Source: Patescibacteria group bacterium (lineage in GTDB: Bacteria; Patescibacteriota; Patescibacteriia; Veblenbacterales; UBA10138). From it: DNA of 64,000 nt. The notes below the pieces were generated by a model. The model had not been told where the DNA came from. It saw only the letters and a list, made by a program, of their open reading frames with translations, and made no database searches. Both the position numbers and the translations under genes were made by a program. Shown here in pieces: positions 19,994 to 30,206 of this stretch. The stretch is taken from assembly GCA_041648575.1 (NCBI GenBank), contig JBAZOT010000006.1, forward strand, positions 11,893 through 75,892. Reading direction: 5' to 3'. Numbering within the stretch: the stretch's first letter is position 1; every line of letters begins with the position of its first letter.

Positions 19994-20266
19994 TCACTTA
20001 ATTCTGATTCCCCTGCCATAAATTATCCCTTGAGCTATTTTTTGATAAGCTGACGATAAAATTCTTTGAAAAGTACTTTGGGAAGTTTTCATTTTATAAG
20101 CTGCTTGTGTTTGCTCCAATCCCAAAATATTTTTTAAACGAATTGCCTCTGCTTCTTCTCGCGTTATTTCCACCATATTAAAAAAACCTACACGTTTACC
20201 GTATGGCGCAAACACTGTAACTCGTGGCGAAAAAAGTATGCGTCGCCATTTTTTTGGCCTAGCCAT
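19994..20266 (-). CDS. DUF134 family HTH DNA-binding protein
   Basis: MARPKKWRRI...EEAEAIRLK...LEQTQAA..M..SQSTFQRILSSAYQKIA. Confidence 0.85.
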   Translation of the reverse strand: MARPKKWRRILFSPRVTVFAPYGKRVGFFNMVEITREEAEAIRLKNILGLEQTQAAYKMKTSQSTFQRILSSAYQKIAQGIIYGRGIRIK

Positions 20267-20593
20267 ATTTTGATTTTAGATTTTTATCTTGGTGTATTAA
20301 GTCAGCAAGCTTCTAATGTGCGATTTTGAGACTATAATTCTTCTTACCTTTAGGGTTGCGCCAAAAAACCGAACAATCTATTGGTTGAATAGTTGGTTGA
20401 ACTATAGTTGTTTCATTATTATTACGACCGCTGACAAAATTTCGTTTAAAGTTACTATTGCTGCTATAGAAGGAAAAACTACGAAACTTAATATTATTAA
20501 TATATGACATATACTTCCCTGTGGATAAAGTTAAATACCTATTATGAATATATACCCATAACTAAATTCTGTCAAATATCAACAAAAACCATA

Positions 20594-20710
20594 ATGAAAC
20601 TCCACGCCCTTACGGACGTGGTTTCTTTATATTTCAAGCTTCGCTTGTCCAATAGTTTTAACTATTGAAGGTGCCACTTTATCCACGCCTTAACAGGCGT
20701 GGTTTTAGTT
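20594..20710. mobile_element. non-autonomous IS200/IS605-type remnant (paired subterminal hairpins)
   Basis: two related hairpins ccacgcccttacggacgtgg and ccacgccttaacaggcgtgg about 80 bp apart with no ORF between them. Confidence 0.45.
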
Positions 20711-20734
20711 AAGGTATTGAAGGCATATAAAAAA

Positions 20735-20771
20735 TCACCCCGATCCGCCATTGGCGGATATCGGGGTGATT
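20735..20771 (-). terminator. HU terminator hairpin with a tccgccattggcgga palindrome in its loop
   Basis: tcaccccgat...atcggggtga stem followed by a T-run on the minus strand. Confidence 0.6.
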
Positions 20772-20791
20772 AAGTCTAAATATTCTAAAAT

Positions 20792-21076
20792 TTAGAGAAT
20801 TGCGTCTTTGGCTTGTTTAGACATTCTGAACTTAACTACTGTTTTTGCTGGAATCTGAATAGTGGCTCCAGTTGCTGGATTGCGACCTTGTCTGGCAGCG
20901 CGATTCTTTTTAACTAGCTTACCCAAACCTGGGAGGGTAAATTCACCCGACTTTTTAGTCTCGCTATATGCGAGCGTTACTATAGCATCAATCATATCTG
21001 ATGCCTCTTTACGAGTCTTGCCCATTTTTTCAGCAAGAGCTTGTAAAACTTGTGATTTTGTCATGCCTTTGGCCAT
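20792..21076 (-). CDS. hup: HU family nucleoid protein
   Basis: MTKSQ..., LPGLGKL, RAARQGRNPATGATIQIPAKTVVKF. Confidence 0.92.
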   Translation of the reverse strand: MAKGMTKSQVLQALAEKMGKTRKEASDMIDAIVTLAYSETKKSGEFTLPGLGKLVKKNRAARQGRNPATGATIQIPAKTVVKFRMSKQAKDAIL

Positions 21077-21258
21077 ATTTTTTTCTCCTGTTTAATGATT
21101 AATTATTAAGATTATCAAGGATTTTTGTTATCCCCATTACATCAATATAGCACAAAACCCTTATTTATGTGTAGAAAATTAACACCAATATGTACTGGGG
21201 ATATGTAAATATGGATAATTTTAGCTAAAATTAGCAAAATTTATTATTAAGTACTCTT

Positions 21259-21891
21259 TTATTTAAATCCCAAATATTTCTTTATAAACCCCCATAACCG
21301 CAGACGATAATCTTTGTCTTTTACTACATGAATAAAGGTCGGTAATAAAGAAGTCAGAATAATTAGAATAATAATGGGCCATAAATACCGATCAATGCCA
21401 GGAACAATACTGCCTAAAAAATAACCAACCAACGTTACTCCAATGGCCCACAAAATCCCGCCAATTATATTGTACGACAAAAAATAACTATACTTCATTT
21501 TACCCACCCCAGCTAAAATAGGAGCAAAAGTACGAATAATAGGAATAAAACGGGCAATAATGATCGTTTTACCTCCATGCTCATCAAAAAAATGTTTGGC
21601 GCGTTCCAATTGCTCAGGATGAAATAAAAATGATTTCGGCCGATTGAAAATTCTTGGTCCAATCCGATAACCAAAGGCATAACCCACGCTATCCCCCACT
21701 ACTGCGGCAATAAATGTACCAGTAATCAACAACCAAATATTTAACCAACCTTGCGATGCTAATAATCCGGCAGTAAATAATAAACTATCTCCTGGCAGGA
21801 AAAAACCAAAAAACAATCCTGATTCAGCAAAAATAATACCAAATAATCCAGCGTAACCAACGGTTTTTATAATCATTACTAAATCAAACAT
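21259..21891 (-). CDS. dedA: DedA family membrane protein
   Basis: FAESGLFFGFFLPGDSLLFTAG, ARFIPIIRTFAP. Confidence 0.92.
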   Translation of the reverse strand: MFDLVMIIKTVGYAGLFGIIFAESGLFFGFFLPGDSLLFTAGLLASQGWLNIWLLITGTFIAAVVGDSVGYAFGYRIGPRIFNRPKSFLFHPEQLERAKHFFDEHGGKTIIIARFIPIIRTFAPILAGVGKMKYSYFLSYNIIGGILWAIGVTLVGYFLGSIVPGIDRYLWPIIILIILTSLLPTFIHVVKDKDYRLRLWGFIKKYLGFK

Positions 21892-21967
21892 AATTAAATA
21901 TATGGTAACACTTACTAGGTAAAAAAGGTAATCTGAAAAATACTAGACACAAAAATTAATCATCACT

Positions 21968-22103
21968 TGTCATTGCGAGCCTGCCTGCCGGTAGGCAGGG
22001 ATTCCCGTCTAACAGGTCGACGAAGCAATCCCGAAGGTTGCAAGCTTAAGCGAAGCAATCTCCAGAGATTGCCACGCTTCACTTCGTTTCGCTCGCAATG
22101 ACA
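21968..22103. repeat. REP-like element tgtcattgcgag...gaagcaatc...gattgc...ctcgcaatgaca with a nested 20-bp palindrome
   Basis: terminal inverted repeat; cctgcctgccggtaggcagg at 21980-21999; a half copy lies at ~46967-47010. Confidence 0.75.
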
Positions 22104-22172
22104 CGATCAACTAGCCAATGCACTCTTTCTAGTGGTATATTTTAACTATCTAACAAATTAACAAAATTATCT

Positions 22173-22538
22173 ATGGCCTGTTTTTTAGCGCCCACTACAG
22201 CGGCAATCATTGTTACTATATTTAAGAAAAAAATTGCTGCCAAATTTAACATTAAGTGGCTACAGATTATGCTTTGGGGAGGAGTAGCTTGGTTAATACC
22301 AGAACATATTTATCATGGTGAAATTATTTTTTACCCTCCTTTTTTTACTGCTGGTTTCACTGAAATAATATCTGAAGTTATCAGGGTAGGAATACCTATG
22401 GTAATGGCCACGGTCACAGTTTGGGTGATTATGACTATGTTTTCTGTTTTGTTTCAAAAAAACAAGCTTCGAGCAAATTCATTTTATCTTTTTATCTCCG
22501 GCGCTGTGATTATGGTTTTGATTGATAGAATATTGTGA
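22173..22538 (+). CDS. small membrane protein (MACFLAP...EHIYHGEI family)
   Basis: 121 aa, 4 hydrophobic segments. Confidence 0.65.
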   Translation: MACFLAPTTAAIIVTIFKKKIAAKFNIKWLQIMLWGGVAWLIPEHIYHGEIIFYPPFFTAGFTEIISEVIRVGIPMVMATVTVWVIMTMFSVLFQKNKLRANSFYLFISGAVIMVLIDRIL

Positions 22539-22637
22539 AGATAAACATTTAGGCAAAGTTTTTAAAAATCATAATACTATAGCTAAAAATTTTATCCACT
22601 AAACGATAAAATTATTATAACTTATATAGTTTATAAA

Positions 22638-24815
22638 TTATTTAGCGCGGTATATACGTAAGCTATTTGATACAACAGATACGCTAGAAGCAGCCATAGC
22701 AGCAGCTGCTACCATAGGATTAAGAAAACCAAAGGCCGCTAATGGTATGGCTGCCACATTATAAGCAAAAGCCCAAAATAAATTCTGTTGAATGGTTCGA
22801 AATGTTCGACGAGATAATTGAATTGCCTCAGCCGCTTTTATGGGATTTGATTGCATCAGTACAATACTACCCGCCTCCATGGCTACATCCGTACCATTTC
22901 CCATTGCGATCCCTAAGTCAGCCTGAGCTAGGGCGGGTGCGTCATTTATACCATCACCAACAAAAGCAACTTTACTACCTTGAGCTTGCAACTCTTTAAC
23001 TTTAATTGCCTTATCCTGTGGTAATACTTCAGCCACTACCTGTTTAATTCCAAGTTCGTGAGCAACCGCTTCAGCGGTTCGTGTATTATCACCTGACAAC
23101 ATCACGGTTCTAATACCAAGTCTGGTAAGCTCAATAATTGCTTGCCTGGCTTCTGGTTTTACAGCATCTGCTACTGAAATCACACCAGCTGGTTTATCGT
23201 TAATGCTTATACCAAATGCTGTTTCTCCCTTTTTTTGTCTTTCCTCAACCTCTGTTGTTAGTGGATCAATTTTAACACCTAGTTGTTTTAAAAATGACAG
23301 TGTGCCAATTGCTACAACCTGCTTATTAACAACCCCTTTCACACCACCACCAGGTATAGCAGCAAAACCACTAACCGGCATAAACTTGAGCTTATGTTCG
23401 TTTGCCACATAACGTGCTACGGCTTGAGCTAAGGGATGCTCTGAAGCGTGCTCAACACTACCTGCTAAGGTTAATAAGTAATTTTCACTAATATCAGATG
23501 TGGACCAGACATAACGAACTGCCGGTCGCCCTTGAGTCAGGGTTCCGGTTTTATCAAATACTACTACATCAATTTTTTTGGCCCGCTCAAATGCTTCACC
23601 ATTCTTAACCAAAATACCCCGTTTAGCTCCTAAACCTGTACCAACCATAATTGCTGTCGGAGTTGCCAGTCCCAAAGCACAAGGACAGGCAATTACTAGT
23701 ACTGCCACTGCTGGTATAATAGCCTGTGTTATATCACCAGTTGTTAAATACCAACAGACTACTGTTATTACAGCAATAGCTAATACTATAGGCACAAAAA
23801 TACCTGCTACACGATCGGCTAATTTTTGTATTGGCGCCTTCTTGGTTTGGGCATCAGCTACTAGTTTAACAATCTGTGCTAAGATTGTTCCTTCGCCCAC
23901 ACGCTCAATACGTACTTTAATAAAACCATTAATATTAAGTGTCGCGCCATATACCCGATCACCCGATTGCTTATCAACTGGAATAGATTCTCCAGTCAAC
24001 ATAGATTCGTCCATAGCTGCCACTCCTTCAATAATTACTCCATCGCTAGGAACTTTTTCACCAGGTCGCACCATTACCACATCTCCAAGTTTAAGCTCCT
24101 CAATTGTCACCTCTACTTCTGAACCATTTTTATACAACCGCGCTTTTTTAGCTCCTAATTCCATAAGTTTCATTATAGCTGCGCTGGCCTGCCCAGTACT
24201 TCTGACTTCGAAGTATTTACCTAATAAAATTAAGGCAGTAATAATAGCACCAGTCTCAAAGTACACATGTTGCTCACCCGCAAAAATACTCCAAATACTA
24301 AACACTAAGGCGGCTAATGTACCTAAAGAAACCAGACTATCCATACCAGGACGTAAACGTTTAAGTTCTTTTATCAACCCAACATGAAACTTCCATCCAA
24401 ACACCATAATAACGAAGGTACTTGTAGCGGCAACCAACCACATAGATAACAGCACGCCACCTATCGCTGGTCCAAATGAAAAACCAGACATACTAAATGC
24501 CGCCACTGGTAAAGCAAATACTAATGCCCAGACAGCACGACGGCTAATTGATTTGAGCCCGACACTAAGGTGGGTTGTATGATCAGATCCATCATGTTCT
24601 GAATTAGGTTTAGAGACATCATAACCAGCTCGACGCACTGCTTGATGTAAACTATATTCAGTAGCGTTCTTTTCATCAAACGTTACAGTGGCCTGTTTCA
24701 ACACAAAATTAACTGAAGCATCAACCACTCCTGGAACCTCTTTGAGTGAATCCTCATTCAACACTACACAACTAGCGCAATGCATACCGGATATTGGAAA
24801 TGTTATAGTTTTCAT
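22638..24815 (-). CDS. copA: Cu(+)-translocating P1B-type ATPase
   Basis: GMHCASC HMA domain, [37 protein letters not shown] in TM. Confidence 0.92.
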   Translation of the reverse strand: MKTITFPISGMHCASCVVLNEDSLKEVPGVVDASVNFVLKQATVTFDEKNATEYSLHQAVRRAGYDVSKPNSEHDGSDHTTHLSVGLKSISRRAVWALVFALPVAAFSMSGFSFGPAIGGVLLSMWLVAATSTFVIMVFGWKFHVGLIKELKRLRPGMDSLVSLGTLAALVFSIWSIFAGEQHVYFETGAIITALILLGKYFEVRSTGQASAAIMKLMELGAKKARLYKNGSEVEVTIEELKLGDVVMVRPGEKVPSDGVIIEGVAAMDESMLTGESIPVDKQSGDRVYGATLNINGFIKVRIERVGEGTILAQIVKLVADAQTKKAPIQKLADRVAGIFVPIVLAIAVITVVCWYLTTGDITQAIIPAVAVLVIACPCALGLATPTAIMVGTGLGAKRGILVKNGEAFERAKKIDVVVFDKTGTLTQGRPAVRYVWSTSDISENYLLTLAGSVEHASEHPLAQAVARYVANEHKLKFMPVSGFAAIPGGGVKGVVNKQVVAIGTLSFLKQLGVKIDPLTTEVEERQKKGETAFGISINDKPAGVISVADAVKPEARQAIIELTRLGIRTVMLSGDNTRTAEAVAHELGIKQVVAEVLPQDKAIKVKELQAQGSKVAFVGDGINDAPALAQADLGIAMGNGTDVAMEAGSIVLMQSNPIKAAEAIQLSRRTFRTIQQNLFWAFAYNVAAIPLAAFGFLNPMVAAAAMAASSVSVVSNSLRIYRAK

Positions 24816-24821
24816 ATAAAA

Positions 24822-26255
24822 TTAAATGCAACTTGCTTTAGTAGGATCACAATCGCTGACGGTATTATCCGGTAATGGAACTCCCGCTGGAATCGGACGC
24901 TTAGCAGCCGGGAGTATTGTAAAACTACCAGTATACATTCCCATAGGACAACGAAAAATGTATTGCCCAGTTCCACGAGGTGTAAATTCAACAACATTGA
25001 GTCCTTGTTTAACAGATTGAATAATATTAAAATCTGGTAACTCAATAATGCTCTGACAACCGTAAGTATTAACTCCGGTAATTTCCCAACGTACCGGCAG
25101 ACCGGCGTGTATAGTAAAATGATTCGGCGAGTACCCGCGTGCCACTACATTCATTTTTACCACCTGCACACCATCTACTACAGTTACGTTTGGATCCTGT
25201 ACTTCAACGACTTGCCGACTAGCAACATTCATTACATTCTCACGTGCTTGTATCAACTCAGTACTCAACCCCGTAAGATTGGCTCCATAATTAATATTAA
25301 TTAATCCCAGCGCAACCACCGCAGCGCCAGCCACAGTTGCCACTACTTTTTGCCATCTACCTTTTATAAAACTTGTAATTGCTCCTAAACTCATTAAAGC
25401 TGGCAATGTACCCAGGCTAAATACAAACATGGTGACTGCGCCTATACTTGCATCACCCCGAGTTAATACATAAAGTTGTAATGCTTGCGTAAATCCACAT
25501 GGCAAGAAAAACGTACCCGCACCCATGAGAAACGGCGCCCAAGCACGGGTATTACCTGCTGAATCATGTAAACGGTGAGCAATAAACTTAGGCGGCTGAA
25601 TAGTAAATCGTGAAAACCAAGGAAAAATGTTAAGGAGCCTAAGACCTAATAATATCATAGTTAAACTAGCGGCTAGCGTAACAATACCACTTCCCATTGA
25701 TGAAAGCGCCAAGACAGAACCCAAGGCACCTACGGCTGCACCCAATAAAGTGTACGAAACAATACGACCAAGATTAAAAAAAATATGAGGACGAAATTTT
25801 TGTCGACTTGTGGCTTCCGGGTGAGCCTGAGTATATGCCGTAGACACCGCCACAAGTAAACCACCAGTCACTGCTATACAACTAGATATTGCTGCCACTA
25901 ACCCCATTACAAACACTACACTAAGAGATAATTCCTCGCCGTTGACTAAATTAGGCGCTAGATTAAACCTACGGAACAACACGTAAACCGCTGCTATCAT
26001 GAGAATCACACCACCAATCCGCTTAAAACTAACTTTATCAGTTCTTGTTCCAGAAAGTATGCGATAGCCATGGATACCAATATGCCCATTCACAACCGTT
26101 AAATTGGGCTCATTATCACTCCAAATTTTAACCCATCCAGCTTGATTTGCTTTAACATTAGAAACGCCGGGCAATTTACGAACAGCACGTTCAATTATCA
26201 CCTCGCACGAAGCGCAATGCATTCCTTCTACATTATATTTGCGTTGTTGAGCCAT
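24822..26255 (-). CDS. HMA + DsbD_2/TauE-like TM domain + cupredoxin-like domain protein
   Basis: GMHCASC; SSCIAVTGG, FNLGRIVSY, FFLPCGFTQ; C-terminal FRCPMGMYTG. Confidence 0.85.
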   Translation of the reverse strand: MAQQRKYNVEGMHCASCEVIIERAVRKLPGVSNVKANQAGWVKIWSDNEPNLTVVNGHIGIHGYRILSGTRTDKVSFKRIGGVILMIAAVYVLFRRFNLAPNLVNGEELSLSVVFVMGLVAAISSCIAVTGGLLVAVSTAYTQAHPEATSRQKFRPHIFFNLGRIVSYTLLGAAVGALGSVLALSSMGSGIVTLAASLTMILLGLRLLNIFPWFSRFTIQPPKFIAHRLHDSAGNTRAWAPFLMGAGTFFLPCGFTQALQLYVLTRGDASIGAVTMFVFSLGTLPALMSLGAITSFIKGRWQKVVATVAGAAVVALGLININYGANLTGLSTELIQARENVMNVASRQVVEVQDPNVTVVDGVQVVKMNVVARGYSPNHFTIHAGLPVRWEITGVNTYGCQSIIELPDFNIIQSVKQGLNVVEFTPRGTGQYIFRCPMGMYTGSFTILPAAKRPIPAGVPLPDNTVSDCDPTKASCI

Positions 26256-26257
26256 AA

Positions 26258-26710
26258 TTATGTCTTATGAAATAAATTCCGGCACCCGCTCCCACAAAAA
26301 AAATAGTTTTTTCCATCGCGCACTAAACTAGTTGCAGCTGAAGCCGGAGTCAATCTCATTCTACACACTGGATCAACGACTACCGTTAATTGTTCTGCTG
26401 CACGAGTAATTTTTTTTCCTAATCTTTCAAATAATACCTCGCGTACCAGATCTGCTGCTTTGGTAAAATTTTTATGCTTTATATGATAATATATTTCTTT
26501 ACCCCGCCTTTTCGTCTCTACTACTTTAAATTGTCGTAATACCATAAGGTGCTGTGACAGATTAGCCTGGGGCAAACCAAGCATTTTGACCATTTCACTA
26601 ACACTTAAACTTTGACCGCGTAACAGCTGCATTATCTCCAATCTTTTAGAGTTAGATAGGGCTTTTAGAAGCTTGGCATGTTGCTGAAAAATCTTTTGAT
26701 ACATATTCAA
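26258..26710 (-). CDS. ArsR/SmtB regulator fused to a YHS domain
   Basis: KALSNSKRLEI...QANLSQHL; DPVCRM...YFFCGSGC. Confidence 0.85.
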   Translation of the reverse strand: MNMYQKIFQQHAKLLKALSNSKRLEIMQLLRGQSLSVSEMVKMLGLPQANLSQHLMVLRQFKVVETKRRGKEIYYHIKHKNFTKAADLVREVLFERLGKKITRAAEQLTVVVDPVCRMRLTPASAATSLVRDGKNYFFCGSGCRNLFHKT

Positions 26711-26828
26711 TTATTAGAATATATCATGGCATAAAATATGTCAAGCAGCCCTTTCTAAAACCAAAAACCACCCGATGAGGGTGGTTAAAGAGTACTGGTA
26801 GGGGCTGTGGAACGATGTTCGAACAATC

Positions 26829-27431
26829 TTAACTGACCAATTGGTTTGCATCTTGAGGGGCAGAATCTAATGGACTATGACCTGCTTCAGATAAATTTGA
26901 AGCTGTCTTGGAATAGTTTACATTTTTACCGACAAAAATAAAGTTAATTCCAAACTCCATACAGGCTATTTCAATCATAATGTCACCCGTACAAATTAAT
27001 ACATTTTTAGCAAATCTTTCTTTAAGCACTAAAGCGAGTGATACTAAACTCTTGTCAGCGCCACTATTACTTAACCAAAATAATCGTTTATCGTGAATTC
27101 TCTTCATATTTTCCGGAAAGAAATAAAGGATATCTCCGTTATCTAAATCAAACCCCTCAGAGAGTTTTTTCTCTTTATACCGTTGCATAAAACTAGTGGA
27201 AAAAATATCTGCGTTATCTTTGGTTGGACTAGTCACGGCTTTGGTATGTTTAACTGTATCTATTTCTAATAAAACATCGGGAATAAAAACAAACAGTTTT
27301 TTAATATTTGTATCACCACCCGGCCCAAATGCAGAATAATATTCTCGCCACTCTGGCTCATATAAAATAGCTGAAGTATCAATGATACATATTAAATCAA
27401 CCAAGAACCGGTTAATGTTCTCAAAATTCAT
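26829..27431 (-). CDS. PIN-domain protein (putative nuclease)
   Basis: CIIDTSAIL, VLLEID, ADKSLV, VLICTGD acidic PIN motifs. Confidence 0.7.
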   Translation of the reverse strand: MNFENINRFLVDLICIIDTSAILYEPEWREYYSAFGPGGDTNIKKLFVFIPDVLLEIDTVKHTKAVTSPTKDNADIFSTSFMQRYKEKKLSEGFDLDNGDILYFFPENMKRIHDKRLFWLSNSGADKSLVSLALVLKERFAKNVLICTGDIMIEIACMEFGINFIFVGKNVNYSKTASNLSEAGHSPLDSAPQDANQLVS

Positions 27432-27448
27432 GGATGCACAATTAATAA

Positions 27449-28162
27449 CTAAATTTTTATTCCCTTACTTTTTGCAAAATCAATAATATCTTTTATAGGA
27501 ACCCATATTGAAATTGCTACCCTAAATATATCTCCCTTATTAGGCTCTGATTGATTTAGAGTTTGTTCAACAACACGCCTTTGAACAATTGAGGCGTTGT
27601 GCATTCCAAACACCTTACCATTTCTAAGAAATCCCGGACTACCACTGGCTCCTGGATACATTAGAGCATCTGTCTCATAAGAATAAAAATTCTGATCGAC
27701 AAGTATAGTATTTTGGTAGCCAGATATACTTGCTCCTTGAAATCTTTCAAATAGATTAAATACGCCTGTATTTGGATGGATAGATGACAAAGGAAAACCC
27801 AACGATCCACAAGTGGTTCCAATGGGAATTTTATTCAGATAAAAGCTAACTACCTTCTTTGATCTAGGTTTTTCTATACGAATTAAAGCAATATCTCTTA
27901 CAAGATCTTCGCCGATATAAGTACACGACTCCATTTTTTTTCCAACATCACTCGCTAGAATTGCTTGAAAGTTAGTATACCTAGATTTTGTTCTATCACC
28001 TTGGATATGCACTACGTGTGCGGGAGTCACTAAGACACCTGGTGCAATCATAAAACCCGTTCCGGTGGTGGCAGTATATCCTTGGTTCAGTTGTGAAAAT
28101 GCCTTGATCCCATACAAGGACCTTCGTATTCTTGAACATGCCCATGGAAAAGTGTAAAACAT
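27449..28162 (-). CDS. trypsin-like serine protease (no signal peptide)
   Basis: GTGFMI, TPAHVV, RDIALI, PGASGSP triad motifs. Confidence 0.8.
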   Translation of the reverse strand: MFYTFPWACSRIRRSLYGIKAFSQLNQGYTATTGTGFMIAPGVLVTPAHVVHIQGDRTKSRYTNFQAILASDVGKKMESCTYIGEDLVRDIALIRIEKPRSKKVVSFYLNKIPIGTTCGSLGFPLSSIHPNTGVFNLFERFQGASISGYQNTILVDQNFYSYETDALMYPGASGSPGFLRNGKVFGMHNASIVQRRVVEQTLNQSEPNKGDIFRVAISIWVPIKDIIDFAKSKGIKI

Positions 28163-28241
28163 AGTATTTATTAATAAGGTTTATATAAACCAAGTATAAC
28201 CATCTTAGGATTTTCGTCAAACCATATGAATAACAAACACT

Positions 28242-28928
28242 TCAATTTACATTCGTAGTATACTTACATTTCGGATAATTAGTGCATCCGTAAAACGAGC
28301 CAAATTTACCTTTTTTTTCCATTAAAGTACCGCCACAAGTAGGGCACACGCGAGGAGTAATGGGTGTGTTTATTTGAGAAATATCTTTTTCGGTCATCCG
28401 TATGTACTTGATTAATTGAAAACCATCAACGAGCTCAATTGGTTTGTCTTCAACAAACCTTTGGGCTTCTAATGTAAACTTATTTGTAGTAATGAAATAA
28501 CCCTTACCATTAGCAAGATTATTAGCCAGAGCACCATAAAAATCTCGCATGGCACCGAGTGTAACCTCTCTGGTAATAAACTTTTTACACTGAATATAAC
28601 TCGTTACCCCATCTTTTTGGATTACAACATCAATTCCGCCATCGTGCGATTTTCCAACGGCCTGTGTTTTATATCCGAGTTTAGAAAAAAGGTGAGCGAT
28701 ATAATTTTCAAACTCCGACGGTTTCATATTTTGCAACCATTGTAAAAGTTGCTGGTCAGAACGCCACTTAGCCCCTTCGGCAAAACGATTATCAGTTCGC
28801 CAACGATTAAATAAAATTGGTCCAAACTCGGAAAGTATCCATAAAACGAGAAGCCCTAACCAAAGTGGCCACCATGATAAAAAAATTCTTAGGAGACCTT
28901 AGTAAAGGCTTTGATTAAAGTCAATCAT
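28242..28928 (-). pseudogene. Mrr-like restriction endonuclease + topoisomerase-type Zn ribbon, with an in-frame TAA at codon 10
   Basis: ATG at 28928: MIDFNQSLY*GLLRIFLSWWPLWLG... continues in frame into EFENYIA, DGGIDV, IQCKK, GYFITTNKFT, CPTCGG...GCTNYPKC. Confidence 0.7.
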
Positions 28929-29305
28929 AGAATTTGTGTGTTTTAAAGATAAACACAAAGCCCTTGTCCAGCCAGGCCTTGCGACCCCATACCCCTTTCG
29001 AGATATGACCAACGGATGATGACTGTAGTTCAAACAACCATACCATTTGATGTATTCAACTCCTAAAACTGGCAGTTTTGCCGTTTGGCAGGGTATCGTA
29101 GAGGATGTTAGAACCGCAATCCAGCAACAACAAGGGCATATTTACATACCTGATTTAAGACTAGAAACAATAAAGGTATAATCTACCCCACCCTGCTACT
29201 CACTATTGTTTTAGATGGGATTGAGCTTGACTTTTTGAGCTATTCAAGTAAAATTTAACTAATTAAATTGAACCTTGAAAACTGAATATTAGAAAGGGTA
29301 AAAAA

Positions 29306-29938
29306 GTGAACATCAAACTAACAGGACTTCGTGTGCTGAAGTTAATTATGTATACCATTATTTGGGTGATAGGTTTGATAGTATTGTTACTTTTCATCGG
29401 CTTTCTGAACTATAATCTACATTTTGGTAAAACCACTAACCTATACGTTGGAATCATTGCGGTCGGTGGGTATATCACGCTAACCGTATACAGCTTGAGC
29501 AAGATAGGCAAAATAGGAGTAATGATTTACTACGTATTGTGGGTTATCGCCTTACCCATCATTCTCCAAAATGTTCATACCTACTGCATCGAACACAATA
29601 TACGATATGGTAAGAATGATTTAATAATCGTTATTACGTTCCTAGTGTACATTGCCACTACAACAATACTGCCACTAATCTTGTGGCCGGGAAGGAAGTA
29701 TGACATGTACACAACTGAAGCTATAGCTAAAATAGCAGCCGGTGGGATATTTAGTCTCCCATACTACGCTTTTGTGGGTATCGGCCAAGGTATTCTTATG
29801 TTATTAAGGTTTTTAGGCCTTATCATTGCTGGTGTATTTGAATTAGCGATAATAATATTAAGTATAATAGGTAGTATTATTGGTTGGAGTATAGCCATAA
29901 TGTTCATTATTATCGTAATAGGCATAATATGTCACTAA
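29306..29938 (+). CDS. hydrophobic membrane protein (cassette cargo)
   Basis: 210 aa multi-TM ORF followed by a terminator (aatcccagctta...taagttgggattttt). Confidence 0.6.
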   Translation: MNIKLTGLRVLKLIMYTIIWVIGLIVLLLFIGFLNYNLHFGKTTNLYVGIIAVGGYITLTVYSLSKIGKIGVMIYYVLWVIALPIILQNVHTYCIEHNIRYGKNDLIIVITFLVYIATTTILPLILWPGRKYDMYTTEAIAKIAAGGIFSLPYYAFVGIGQGILMLLRFLGLIIAGVFELAIIILSIIGSIIGWSIAIMFIIIVIGIICH

Positions 29939-30206
29939 TATAATCTAATCCCAGCTTAAAAATAAGTTGGGATTTTTTATTCACCAAAAACCACCCTCAT
30001 CCCTCATCGGGTGGTTGAAAGTTGCCTTCAGGGCATCGTAGAGCCTGCCTGCCGGTAGGCAGGGATGTTAGAACTAGGATTAGAGAAGCGGGAGTGGTAT
30101 ATATACCTGACTTAAGGACTTAAAACTTACCCCACCCTGCTACTCACTATTGTTTTGTTATGGCAACACTGAAGAAGTGATAAAATCATATTAATTGTTC
30201 TTAATA

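Noticed and set aside
20313-20510. Overlapping 63-65 aa ORFs on both strands
   Set aside because: No recognisable motif; possibly a gene remnant, but unsupported.
20519-20528. DnaA box (TGTGGATAA) suggesting oriC
   Set aside because: Only one perfect box, with no cluster and no dnaA/dnaN nearby.
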